Positions 36,039 through 48,637 of a DNA stretch of 64,000 nt are shown piece by piece; the first letter of the stretch is position 1, and each line of letters starts with the position of its first letter. The translations under genes were made by a program, and so were the position numbers. The DNA comes from Takakia lepidozioides (lineage: Eukaryota; Plantae; Bryophyta). Below the pieces are notes generated by a model. It saw only the letters and a list, made by a program, of their open reading frames with translations, searched no databases and was not told the origin of the DNA. The stretch is taken from assembly GCA_030704615.1 (NCBI GenBank), contig CM060732.1:41168001-41232000 (forward strand), written 5' to 3'.

Positions 36039-39000
36039 TGTAAGATTCAGCATACTGGAATACTTTACTAAGGAGGAACATCAGGAATACAGTACCCTTA
36101 AAGGGTTCCCTATTTATCTAAGAGCTAGCAGTGATTGCCGGTAGGTGGCACTAAACCCGATTAGCTGGAATTCAGCTAGTGCTTACCAACTGGATGACTC
36201 TTACTTAATGAAGAGATAAAGCAAACAGGGTGTCACCCTAGTGAGACCGTGCTGATATAGCTTTCTAAATCTAACACCCCCTCTCAATATCAGCATCTTT
36301 CTTCTAGGGTTCTGCACTTGAGTTTTGAAAGACTGCAAACACCTAGAGCTGCTCTAAATTTCTCGAATTTTTGTCTGCCAAGAGGTTTAGTCATAATATC
36401 TACAACTTGTTCTTGTGACGCAACATGCATCAGGTCGACTTCTTCGCTTTCCACTTTCTCACGAATATAATGGTAATGAACCTCGATATGTTTCGTACGA
36501 GCGTGAAATACTGGGTTGCGAGCAATTTTTGCGCTACTCTGATTGTCACAGCTTATTACAATAGGACCATCCTCTAAAATTCTGAGTTCTTTATAGAGTC
36601 CAACCACATATCGAAGAATGTGATTAACAACATCTATGTGAGCTGTTTGTGGCGACTCCATGTACCTACTCACTACTCCGACAGGATACACAAGATCAGG
36701 TCTTGTGTTTGTCAAGTATACTAGCTTGCCAACTTTCCTCCTGTATAGAATTTGATCAGAAGGTGCAGTGCCCATATCCATAGAAAGTTTAAGGTTCTCG
36801 ATCATGGGAACAGTGTGAGGATTGCAATCAGAAAACCCAAACTCCTCAAGCATTTTTTTAATATACCCCCTATGCGTGATCATGATGCCTTCTTCAAGGT
36901 GAAGAAATTCAGCTCCAAGGTACAGCGTGATAAGGCCTAGATCGGTCATATCAAATGCTTGCTTGAGTTGCTGGCACAGACAAGCGATTTTCACAGTGTG
37001 ATTGTCAGTCAGCAAGAGGTCATCTACATAAAGAATTAACAAAACGATTTTGTCATCTTCCTTGAAATAGTAGAGGTTGTAGTCAGCATTAGATCTGTGA
37101 AGACCTTGAGTCTTGAGAAAATAGTCAATTTTAGCATACCGTGCTCTCGGCGCTTGCTTAAGACCGTATAGGGCCTTCAAAGTCTACAGACCTCGCCTCA
37201 TGGCCAAGCTTGGAGAAGCTTGGAGAAGCCCTCAGGCTGTCGCATGTAAACCTCTTCGAACAAATCCCCGTTCAAGAATGTCGTTTTGACGTCCATGTGA
37301 ACGATTTCCCAGTCTATGTGAGCTGCAAGAGCCACAAGAGAGCGGATAGTCGCCCATTTGACAACTGGAGCGAACGTTTCGTCATAGTCTATGCTCTCTT
37401 TCTGCTGGAAACCTCTTGCAACAAGGCGCGCTTTCAACTTATCAGGTGAGCCATCAGCCTTTTGCTTCACTTTATACACCCATTTCGAAGTGATTGGGGT
37501 TTTCCCAGAGGGCAAATCAATCAGCTCCCAGGTTTGGTTCTTCACAATTGAATCCATTTCGGATTGCATTGCATCTTGCCACCTTGCAATCTGTGAAGCT
37601 TCATAGAAGCTCTCAGGTTCATTGATCTCGGCAATGTTGACATAGTCATCAAGAAGACGTGGCCGTCGTCGAATCCTCCTTGATTGACGTTGAATTTCTT
37701 GTTATGGATCAGGTTGAGCCGGTAGCTCAGGTGTTGGCTTGATATGAGCTACAGGTAATTCCCTCTCAATCGGCAGAGTCGATATCAAGGTCAACATGTA
37801 TATCAATAGCACGGGGAAATAAGGGTTCTCAACATGTACGGGTGGAACCTCAACATCGTCTGGAACCACAACATCGTCTACTTCATGTTGCTCTCAATGG
37901 AGTGAAGCTGAATGTCTCTCTGATATAGGGATATCTCTTTGTGCAGGAATCCTCTCAATGAATATAACATATCTACTAACAAAAACTTTTCTAGTAGTGG
38001 GATTGAACAGTCTTTACGCCTTGGTTTCTGTATCATAACCCACTAGCATGCAAACTATCGACTTAGCATCTAGTTTTCCTTTGTATTGTTGGTCAACATG
38101 AACATAAGATTTGCTGCCAAATATCTTAAGATGAGATAAGCGGGGTTTGATACCTGAAATTTTTTCATAGGGTGTCATTCCTTCATTGGCAGATGATGGA
38201 CTTCGATTGAGAAGATATGCAGCTGTGTTGACAGCTTCTGACCACAAGTATTTGGGAAGATCCGCCTCCAGAACCATACTTCTTGCTCTCTCTAGTAACG
38301 TGCAGTTCTTGCGCTCAGAAACACCATTTTGTTGTGATGTTCTAGGCTGTGTCAGCTGTCGTGTAATCCCATGGGACTGCAAGTAAGCACTAAATTCATG
38401 AGACAAGAACTCGCCTCCACGGTCTGAGCGTAAGCACTTTATCGTCTTCCCTGTAGCATTTTCTATCATCTGTCGGAAGATCTTGAACTTCTGCAGTGCT
38501 TCGTCCTTTCTTCTCAGAAAATATACCCATGTATATCGACTAAAATCGTCGGTTATGGCCATGAAATATTTTGATCCTGAGAGAGATGGGACTTGCAGCG
38601 GTCCACAAAGGTCTGTGTGCAGCAGCTCAAGGATTTTAGTAGCCTTGTGTTCTGCTTTCTTCGAAAATTGTTTTCGTTGGTGCTTACCGAGCAAGCAGTC
38701 TCTGCAAGATTCTATAAGGAGGGGTAGATGAGGTAAGCCTATTGCTCTTTGTTGTGTGGACATTTTGTGAAAGCCTTGAAAATTTAAGTGTCCTAGTCGT
38801 CTATGCCAGAGTCTAGCCACTCTACCATGATCTATTTGAGGCATATCTTCACAGGCATTTGCTTCTATCTTTCTACTGGAATCTAGAGAATTGACAAAGC
38901 TGCTGGTGTCTAAATTATATAAGCCATTTCTCCTATTTCTAGATCCATGTGCTAATATTCTCTTAGTGTTATTTTTATCTACAAACAAACACTTTCTATT

Positions 39001-42000
39001 ATCAAAGATAGCCAGGTGACCACTATCACAGATTGCTCCAACTGAAAATAGATTCCGCTTCAGACTCGGTACATTAAGAACATTAGATATCTTCGTTATT
39101 GATCCGTTCATGTTTACCTTGGCATGGCCTTTGCCAAGAACAGTGTGTGCATGCCCACCGGCAGAGCTAACATTGTGTTGTGAGCTTCCCGATGCTACTA
39201 CATCATGCACCAGATCTGGATTTCCAGTGATATGTCTCGAAGCACCAAAGTCAACTATCCACTCTGCTTCGGTGATCTCAGCAGAGAGGGCCTCATCTTC
39301 GTCTGCTATTTCTACTACCGCTAAAGCTGCTTCAATGACATCGGCTGCATCATTGTACTCACTATCACTGTTCTCCTCAACAAGATGGGCTTGCAGATGT
39401 GCACGAAGTTTGAGTACTTCGTCATATGGAACTACACAATCCTTCGCCCAGTGACCGATCTTTCCACATCGATTGCAGGTTGATGTCTTCTTGTCATGGG
39501 ATGTGTGTCCAAAAGCTCGTTTGTTACCAAAACGTCTGCCGGGAGCCCCCATCTTTTGAAACTTGACAAAAAGAGCTTCTGTGTCTTTCTGTTGTCGGCC
39601 TCTGAGCTCTCTGCGATTTTCTTCCTGGAGCAGTTTGGCAGTGAGCTTGTCCATGGTTGGTAGGTCCTTCTGGCTTGCCACTGCTTGCACATAGTAGTCG
39701 TAACTCTCGGGTAAGCTGTTAAGCACCATTTCGACCAGCATTGTATAGTCAATCTTCTCACCACATCCTACAAGCTGGCTCACAAGATCAGACACCATTT
39801 CCATGAATGATTTCATGGTCGTTCCTTCTTCCATTTTGAGGTTAGCAAGACGGTTTCGGATTAACAACTTCCCCGGACACTGGTCTTCCAACACCTCGAA
39901 CAGATCTTCTATCGCAATTGTCTTGCCCTTGCATTTAACTGTAAACAGACAGACGTCCACGACTTTCGCTTCATACTCTTCGTGTACACCGATAACAATT
40001 CCAATTTTTTTGCCCTGGGCACCAAGTTTCTCTGCTCTCAAAAATATCTTGGGTTGGCTTAATTTCGCTGATAGTATGAAGCTCAAGAACCAGGAAGTCG
40101 TGATCAATTAGTCCCTCCTCTTTGTTCATTCCTATTAAAATGAGTGCTAAGGACACTTCTCAATATTCCCTTAGTCTTGCTAATGACAATCTGGCAATAA
40201 TGTATGTTCTCAAGAGTCATGCAGAAAGGGTCATTGTAGATCTCCTTACACCTCTTCCAACCAAGCTTTTTGCTCACACAGTTGTGAATCTTCCTCTTCA
40301 AAGTCCCCACTGCTAGTCCTTTGAATCTTAGATACAGGAACTGTTTTACAAGTCGCTCATTCAAGTACCTTTGGAGACCTAGGTAGCGGCTAGCAGACTC
40401 GTAAATAGCACTTACGGAGCTAAAGGATACACCCATGTGGACCTTGCAGCAGTTTTAGGGCCGCAAAATGGAGTGACACAGACTATGCGCAACTTGCGCA
40501 TAAGATCTCCGCTTCCACTAGAAGAGACTAGTGGGTCACACACCTGCGGATCTGAGAATCGACAATAACAGTAGCAGCTTGCAACATGAAGACGATCGAA
40601 ATCCTGCTCATGAGTGAGAGGGAGTTGCTTGGAGTATGGTTTTATATACTCCGTGTTACATGTCTGTGCTCTGGCTGAGTAATCACCAACTAGCTGTACT
40701 GCAGTTGTAATAGTCCAACTTGCATCTCCATACAGACATTTAATTGCAGCTACTTTTTGTAGCTGTGGCAAATCGCTGCGTCTGAATCCTGTTGTTACAA
40801 GTAGAAACTGTTCATTCCTGAATCTCTGCGACGATCGTATGTGAGCCCTGCAAGACATTCGATGGCCATGCACTAATGAACGTTACATATTAAATTGCAA
40901 CTATCTCCACTTGACACAACTGGGCCGCTCGACAACCTCTTGATCCTTCCAGAATTTGACGTCGACCGTTGGATTTGTCGTTGTTCAGACCCCCGGTCAC
41001 ATGGTACATGCTTACATAATGACACTGGCTCGCCATAAACTCATACAATCACATGTGGAAGTGTTAAAGAAAATTGTATTGTCGGTCCATACGATCCGGG
41101 TATCATCAGTGCGGGCTGGAATCAGACCTATCAGTGCCCAAGCCCTAACTTTGAAGCTATTTCTTCTAGCTCTTCGTGAGCTTCCTCATAATACTTAGAT
41201 CAAAGCTTCGTGCAGAACACTATAGATTGGTTGCCATCAACAACAACAGTCGATCGTCCAACAATTAAAAGAAAGATGAGAATCGCTTGGAGTGCACCAA
41301 GGGAGTGGTTTTAAACATTGTGATCTCCTCCATGGTATAGAGTTCCCTCTCTCTCGTCCTGTAGACTATTTCCTCAGGTACAAAGATTGAAAGTAGAACT
41401 CGTATTTCCATGTTCATGAATGATTCCTTCCATTCACATGTTTGCCGCTTAATTTTACCTACATTCTAAGATTCGTCCAGAGCCAATATTCGTTGTGGTT
41501 GTGCACCTTACAGTTGACATGTTGAACTTGATCGACTTAGGATTTGCTGTGACCAGTTGGAGATAGACTTGACTTCATAAAGCTCACAAAGTTTGAGCCA
41601 CATTTTCCTTGGACAGTCAATATCTTGAATGTAAGGAATGACTTTGTCAGAAAGGTTCCTACAGATTAATGCAAGAGCTTTGTGCTTCCTTTTGTTATAG
41701 ACCTCTAGTTGTCCCTCAGGAGGTGAGACATCAGACTCCAGAAATGTAAGCAAGTCATCACTAAGAGCTAGAGTACGGAGTTTAAAATACCATATGCTCC
41801 AGTTGGACTGCCCAGCAAGTTTGCTCGATTCTATAACATGCAAGTGGTGGTTTGCATCTAGAGGAAGAGACATCTTGAGATACTTATCGACACAGATAAG
41901 AAGGTTAGTACAGAAGACAAAATTATAAGAACAACAAGCAAGGTTAGCACGATCCGAAGGTTAGTATGATAACAAGAAAAAAGAAATATGATAAAAAAAT

Positions 42001-42342
42001 CTGACTCCTAGTCAGTAGGACGGAGCAGAGCTCCCACGCCCTGACAAGTCTTCCTACATCGACTTGTGAAGCACTACGATTCCCACGGCCCTAGCTCTGA
42101 TACCATGTAAGATTCAGCATACTGGAATACTTTACTAAGGAGGAACATCAGGAATACAGTACCCTTAACGGGTTCCTATTTATCTAAGGGCTAGCATTGA
42201 TTGCCGGTAGGTGGCACTAAACCCAATTAGCTGGAATTCAGCTAATGCTTACCAGCTGGATGACTCTTACTTAATGAAGAGATAAAGCAAACAGGGTGTC
42301 ACCCTAGTGGGACCATGCTGATATAGCTTTCTAAATCTAACA
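36039..42342 (-). mobile_element. Full-length but defective Ty1/copia LTR retrotransposon
   Basis: LTRs 42106-42342 and 36039-36276 (TG...CA; 8 substitutions + 1 indel counted by hand). PBS TGGTATCAGAGC at 42105-42094, PPT next to 36277, TSD catct/catcc. Domain order gag-CCHC-protease-GAG-pre-integrase-integrase (DLCGP, DDFSR, SDRGGEF)-RT (KARLVARGF, YVDD)-RNase H. Stops and a deletion in RNase H. Confidence 0.97.
39878..41558. other. 1.68-kb foreign insertion splitting copia gag
   Basis: Gag reads ...WLKLCELYEVKSIS before 41558 and resumes GKLLIRNRLANLKMEEG after 39878. The insert is flanked by gga/gga and has ends CACTGGTC / GACCAGTT. Confidence 0.75.
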
Positions 42343-44339
42343 CATCCTTGTCAACATGTACGTCAAGTGTGGGAGTGTGTTTTATGCACGCCAAGTGTTT
42401 GACATATTCCCTGAACAAGATGTGGTTACGTGGACTATAATGATGGCTGGCTATGCAAAGGATAGGTAATGTAGAGAGGCTTTCAAGATGTATCAACAAA
42501 TGAGACAGGAATGGGTGATGCCCTGCAACAATGTCACGTTCATCTGTGTTCTAAAGGCATGTGCAAGCCTAGGCGCCCTAGAAAAGGGCAAAGAGGTCCA
42601 TGCTGACATCATCAGAGCTGGAATTGCTCCAGATGTTGCTCTGGAGACTTCCCTTGCTACTATGTACGCCAAATGTGGGAGCATAAGGGATGCATGTAAA
42701 GTCTTTCATGACAATATGCCTGAACGAAATGTAGTCTCATGGAATTCAATGATTACAGGATATGCTTAGCATGGGTATGGTAGGGAAGCTTTCGAGATCT
42801 ACAACATGATGTCACAGCTTCATTTGCATTCTCAATGCATGTGGCAGCCTTGAAAAAAGAAAAGAGGTCCATGCTGATATCGGCAAAGCTGGAATTGGGC
42901 CAGATACCATTGTAGAGAATGCTCTTGCTGCCATGTACTTGAAATGTGGGAGCGTGAGGGATGCACGTGGAAGTATTTGACAAAATGTGTCAACGAAATG
43001 TGGTCTCTTGGAATGCTATGATCACAGGATATTCTGTTATGTTGATTACTGATCAGTTATGTAGTGCCACAAGTGCAAAGGGGCAAGCATATATACACAA
43101 CATCCATACAAGGAATGTCCTGACAGACAGCAGTCGATCCTCAGTTGATGCAGGTTGAAAACTTCTCCCTCGGGAGCTTTGCTATAGGTTTCCTTGTTGA
43201 AGCTTACCAAATTGATGGCCAGTAGTTTGGTCAGCCCAACACTGGGACGTAGATTCTAAGTTCATGTGTGGAGAACTTGAGTGTCAATTATGAGATGTGA
43301 GCACCATGGCAGAATCAGACAGGAATCACTCTTTCCTTTTAAAGGGAGAGAAGATGAAATATTCATCTTATGCGCAATTTATAGCACTAAGAGTAATCTG
43401 TCACCTTCATAATCTAACTGTGGGTGGTTTCTGACTCGATGGAGATGTGGGATATTGGGGCGTGTTAAGGATTAATTGAGCCCCAAACAATCTTGATGGC
43501 ATCTTAGTTCTATAGACATGATTTAGCAAGCTAATTTCAGGAGCAGTAGCCTAGTGGGGATGAAAGCACTAGAGTAGAATGGCTCAACAGGTTAATTATG
43601 TTAATAACTTCCTCTACTTTGAACCTCTAAGGTCATGTAATACCTTTAATAGATGGGGCTTTATGTATGACCAATTTTAGTGACGACTCAAGGTTGGAGA
43701 CTAGTTTTACTGTAGAGCATGAATAGGGTGCCATAGTGCCACGCCATCATCGTCATTTGTTCTACATCTGCCTTGTCTGCCCGAAAAATTTATTACCTAT
43801 AAAAAGTTAAAATAAGAAGATGTCATCTATGTTCGCCACGTTTCCAAGGCCATGTCATCAACATACATTCTTGAAGCTGCCCGGATTGCCTAGGAGAGAA
43901 AAACTGAATTATGAAAATCATTTTTATTAAATCTGCTATAATCTTAATTATAATATATAATATATAATATAATTAACTATAATTTCTATAATCCTTTCAG
44001 CATTGTTGTGGTGCAACAATACCCTTGATATAGACTTGTTCATGGTCTGAGTGTAGTCACCGCAAGATATGACATAATGTTATCCCCCCGCTACCTTAGC
44101 ATAATTCAATAATCCTAAGTAAAACACAAGTTTTTGCTTTGTAAAGTTTTTATATATTTATATTAATATAGCATATCAAATATTCATGGTTGCTGCTGAA
44201 TATTAAAAAAATAACCTATTAAAAAATGTTGTATATTAGAAAAATATATAATTATAGGGTGTAGGAAAAACCAAAAAAATAAATTAATACCCCCCAGAAA
44301 AATACCCTTTTATCTCACGTGTCTACCAAATTGACAAGG

Positions 44340-46750
44340 AGTGGCCCCCCGAGCTCCACATAGACGATCTTCATGTTAAATTGTTGTTGTCACTCCGCCT
44401 AACGAATTTGTCTCTTCGATAGATCTTTTTGTGCATCCAAGTACACCAACGGTTTATGGTCTGTCTCCACTACGAACTCTTTGTCTCCAAGATAATGTTT
44501 CCAATGTTTTGTAGCCAAAACAATAGCCAATTCTTCTTGTTCGGTTGTATGATAATTAGGTTCCGCAAGTAACAATTTGCGAGAAAAATATGTCACTGGA
44601 TGTCATCCATCTTCTCATTCTTGTTATAACAATACTATTGAGCCTGACGCATCTACCGAGAGCTTGATTGGTCTTGTCGGAGAATGACTGCAGCCTACAA
44701 TGTCCATTTTTTGCTGTCATAGCACTGTTTTTTCCTGACATAAAATAGTGGTAAATTATCATACTCCTACATGACAATGTCATCAATAAAAAAAAACTAA
44801 TATACAGAGACTCATCTACAGATACTTTCAGACTTATCAAAAACCAAAATCTCTAGATGCTATGGACTTTTAAGAAATCCATATAGAATTGTCACAGTCC
44901 ATTAAAAATGATGTTATGGACTTTTTTTAATATAGGAGTTAGAATAAAGTCAAGAAAGTGGACTCTCTCAACCTTGCTTTGGAGAATGATGAATCTGGAA
45001 TAAAAACTATAATTCAAAAATATGAAGTTAAAAAAAATATATGTATTATATTGAGCCTAAAAAATAGTTATTTCCATAAAGTTCTTTATAAATAAATTCT
45101 TTTGAAATAACAAAAAACAATTCATTAGACGCATTCATTCACCATAAATGGAGAGCTGAATATGATCAACTTTCAAAAAAATATGTGAATTGATATTATC
45201 GCAATTTGAAAATCTTGGTTTTAACAGTCAATAATAGATAGACAAGATTGTCAGTTGAAGCAAATCCGATGGTTGAGGATTCACCACATCCTCTTTTATG
45301 TACTCTTTATGTACTCATGATCTGTCGTTTTTGGTCCACTCTAGTTTGCAATCACCCCGGATCATACCATTTCAAGATCGGAGCATGAAGCAACGCATCT
45401 TTCAAGGCCTGAAATGCTAACTTCTCTTCTGTAGCCCACTTCCATCTAATTTCTTTGCCCAAAAGATTTGTCAATGGTTGGGCAATCTTCGAGAATGTTC
45501 GTACAAATCGTATGTAGAATCCAGTAAAGCCAATAAAACTACTTAATTGGGTGGTGTCTTCAGGGGCTATCTAATACTGAATAGCTTCTATTTTGTCATT
45601 TATCACCTCAATTTCTTTCTTACTCATGCGATGCCCCAAATAATCTACTTCTTGTTTTCCAAACTCACATTTAGATGCTTAAGCATATAGCTGATTCTCA
45701 CGGAGAACTTGTAGTACTTGTTTGAGATGGTTTTTATACTCAACAAGACTGTTACTGTAGATCAAAATATCATCTATAAATACTATCACAAATCTATCTA
45801 AGAATGGGCAGAAGATATCATTCATGAGGCCCATGAATGTGGTTGGGGCATTGGTGAATCAAATGACATAACCATGTATTCAATGTCCATACCTAGTGCG
45901 GAAGACGGTCTTATATACATCTTCATCCGCGACTCGAATTTGGTTGTATCCACTCCTCAAATCCAGCTTCGAAAAGTTATTTTCTCTTCGCAATTGGTCA
46001 AATAGATCGTCCATGCGTGGTAACGGGTATTTATTCTTCATTGTCTGCTGGTTGAATGCTCGATAATCAATGCACATCCGCATTGCTCCATCTTTTTTCT
46101 TCACAAACAACACTGGCACTCTATACAGGCCCCGGGGATACACTTGGTTTTATAAAGTCCTTTGATAATAGGTCCTCCACTTGAGCCTTACATTCTTCCA
46201 ACTCGTTTGGTGCTAATCGATAAGCGACTTTACAAGAAGGAGTACTACTTGGAACAACCTCAATCTTATGATCTACTCTTCTCTTTGGCGGAAGCCGTGC
46301 TGGTAGGTCATCTGAAAATACACTTTTGAACTCTTTCAATACACTATGTAATTCTATAAGGATCTCGCTCATGTTTTTTTCTGGATTTTCCACGTCTCTT
46401 ATTAAACCTACAAATAATAAATCATTCTTACATATAGTACAAACGATGGTAGGTTTCGATATAGTGTCCTCACTTGATCTCCTCATATTTTCCAATTCTG
46501 GGTTTTGACTATCTTTCAACGCCAATCAACATCGGGGTTGTGAGATTTCATCCAAGGCATGCCTAATATCACGTCATATCTAGCTAGTATGACCACTCGT
46601 CATTCTAAGGTTTCTTTATATTTACCGACCGTCAACTTTATGCTTTTAGGTAGTGTCTCAATGGCCTCTGTATGTCCATTTGGCATTCCTACTTCATCTC
46701 TTTCATCTTTATCTAAAGTCATAGTTTCAAAGCAGCCTTTCTAGATAAGA
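44340..46750 (-). mobile_element. Degenerate Ty3/gypsy pol fragment (protease-RT-RNase H) with an AT-rich insertion at ~44690-45370
   Basis: [66 protein letters not shown] and EQEELAIVLATKHWKHYL...TDHKPL. Confidence 0.92.
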
Positions 46751-47689
46751 AGTTTTACTGGTTATCCTCGTTTTCCTGCTCATTGTGATGTTCGTCATTT
46801 TCTCCTCTCCTTAAACTGTTAAGAGGTCCTCGATATGTTTGTCGATTGTACCTTCCACTTCGATAATTGGCCGTAAGATACGGCTCGACCTTACACGTCT
46901 TCGTCATCTTTTGTAGTAATGGCTCCGACCCACCAGCAACCAGTCCCAATGCGGTTGATTGTCTTACTTGTTTAAGCTCCTCTATCAACACGTTATTTTG
47001 TTGTTGGGTCATGACGAAAACATTCTACAAGTCATGTAAGCGTTCCATTATCCACACCGTCTGATCATTGGTTTGATGAGTAGTGTAATTATATCTATTC
47101 TCTTATCTTAATACAGTACATAAATAGTACAATCCCAAACCATCCCGTACGTGACTATTGATAATACGAAATGAACTTTTGAACTGATGACAAGGTTCAT
47201 AAATTCTACTCCAAATTCTGCAACTAAAAATCTTATGTTTGTCAATTGCACGCACATTGATACTAAATATATTTGGCGGTGGAAAATTGGGCGGTATGTA
47301 TCTACCTCGATCCATGAACTATGTATATATACATATGTATACCTTCCAATTTTTAATAATAGGAAAGACGACAGGTTGTGGGTTTTGTAACACTTCTTGA
47401 TATCGTTCCTCTTCAAGTATCCGTACTATCAATTTCTGCTTTACGTCGACATATAATTTTAAATTCACACTCAGAAGGAAAATCACGGAAAGAGGGTCGA
47501 TTTAGGTCCATAAAATTTTTATCTTATCCGGCCGAGGCTCGCCTAACTAAGAACCACTTCGACTTGCAGCTACTGCCCCCTTTCAAGGGTGGGCCATATA
47601 TACATATGACATGTGTCCAGAGGACACCAAATAACCAGGGTATGAGGTACCTCTGGGAATCTAGGGTACCCGAAGGTACCCAGGGATAC

Positions 47690-48620
47690 CAAAGATGGGG
47701 TGGATTCGAGTTTCCGCTTATTGGTTATGATGGCTGTGAAAGAACGAAGTGTCGTAAGGTGGATGTCTTTAAAGCATGTATGGATGGAGGTGGTGGGGAT
47801 TTTAAAATTATCTTGAAGTGTTGAAATATTGTCGTTGTGTACGCCCCATCTGGTTCTTGCGGAGTCTGGAGATGACGGAGAGCGGCGCTTTTCGAGGATA
47901 AAGATGTGCGGAAAGCAGTCCTGGCAGTACGTAAATTCGATGAAGTGTATGATTAGTGGAGGGGTAGGAGTAGAGGATGGAAGGGCGTTGGTGGGGAGTC
48001 CCTGAACTAAGAGGATGTCCAGGCAGAGCTTAACAGAACATGTGCATGTAGCAAGGGGTTGGCAAATACAGGGTAATAGCCAGGACGGTACTGTATGGTC
48101 TGGGGGTCTACCTTGGTAAGTGCCAGCATTGATGAGTGAGAACCATCTGGTTTCTTTATGTCGTTGTAATAGTTTGTAAATGTATCATAGAGCTTGATTG
48201 TGTCTTGCGATACAAAGGCCATGCAAGACTAGGTGGGAGCATTTACTGAGGATATGTGGCCAAGTGTCAGGTACTGCATGTATATGGGAGCAGAGGGGGC
48301 AATGTGGGGATGTAAAAATGGTTGGCCAGAAGGTATGCTTACGCTGGTGCCCCATATACTGGGCAAATCTAAACTTAAGTGTTTGTTTGAATTGTGCGTC
48401 AGAAGCGGCTTTAGTGTGCCAGAAGCGGTTCGACAGTTTATGATAAAGTATTGTGGAGTGTGTCCATTGGATATGTTGTTTGGTATAACTGAGAGATGTA
48501 GCGGCTTGTTTGTTGGCTTCTTTAGAGAGAGTAGAGTGGAGATTAAGAATAGGTTTAGGTTCGGAGGAGGCTTGGAATTGGATGTATTAGCCAGAAAAGG
48601 TGGGTATGTACAGTGTGGAT
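47690..48620 (-). mobile_element. C-terminal fragment of an RLE-type non-LTR retrotransposon (Dualen/RandI-like)
   Basis: Hand translation: LKFRFAQYMGHQRKH...CPLCSHIHAVPDTWPHILSKC...IARHNQA*...KLCLDILLVQG...IHFIEFTYCQD...IITNKRKLE. This is a CCHC knuckle + RHN + a decayed PD..E restriction-like endonuclease. Confidence 0.8.
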
Positions 48621-48637
48621 CCTAATATATATATATA

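Larger units (their letters stand above)
35846..43035 (+). pseudogene. PLS-class pentatricopeptide repeat (PPR) pseudogene split by a copia insertion (pieces 35846-36038 and 42343-~43035)
   Basis: LCTTGQLKKALHIL...GKHVHAHIIQSGFRPNLFFLNI|LVNMYVKCGSV...VTFICVLKACASLGALEKGKEVHADII...MYAKCGSIRDACKVF...RNVVSWNSMITGYA. Contains in-frame stops and frameshifts. Confidence 0.9.

Noticed and set aside
41508-41873. Second independent gag gene
   Set aside because: It is the N-terminal half of the single copia gag, separated by the 1.68-kb insert.
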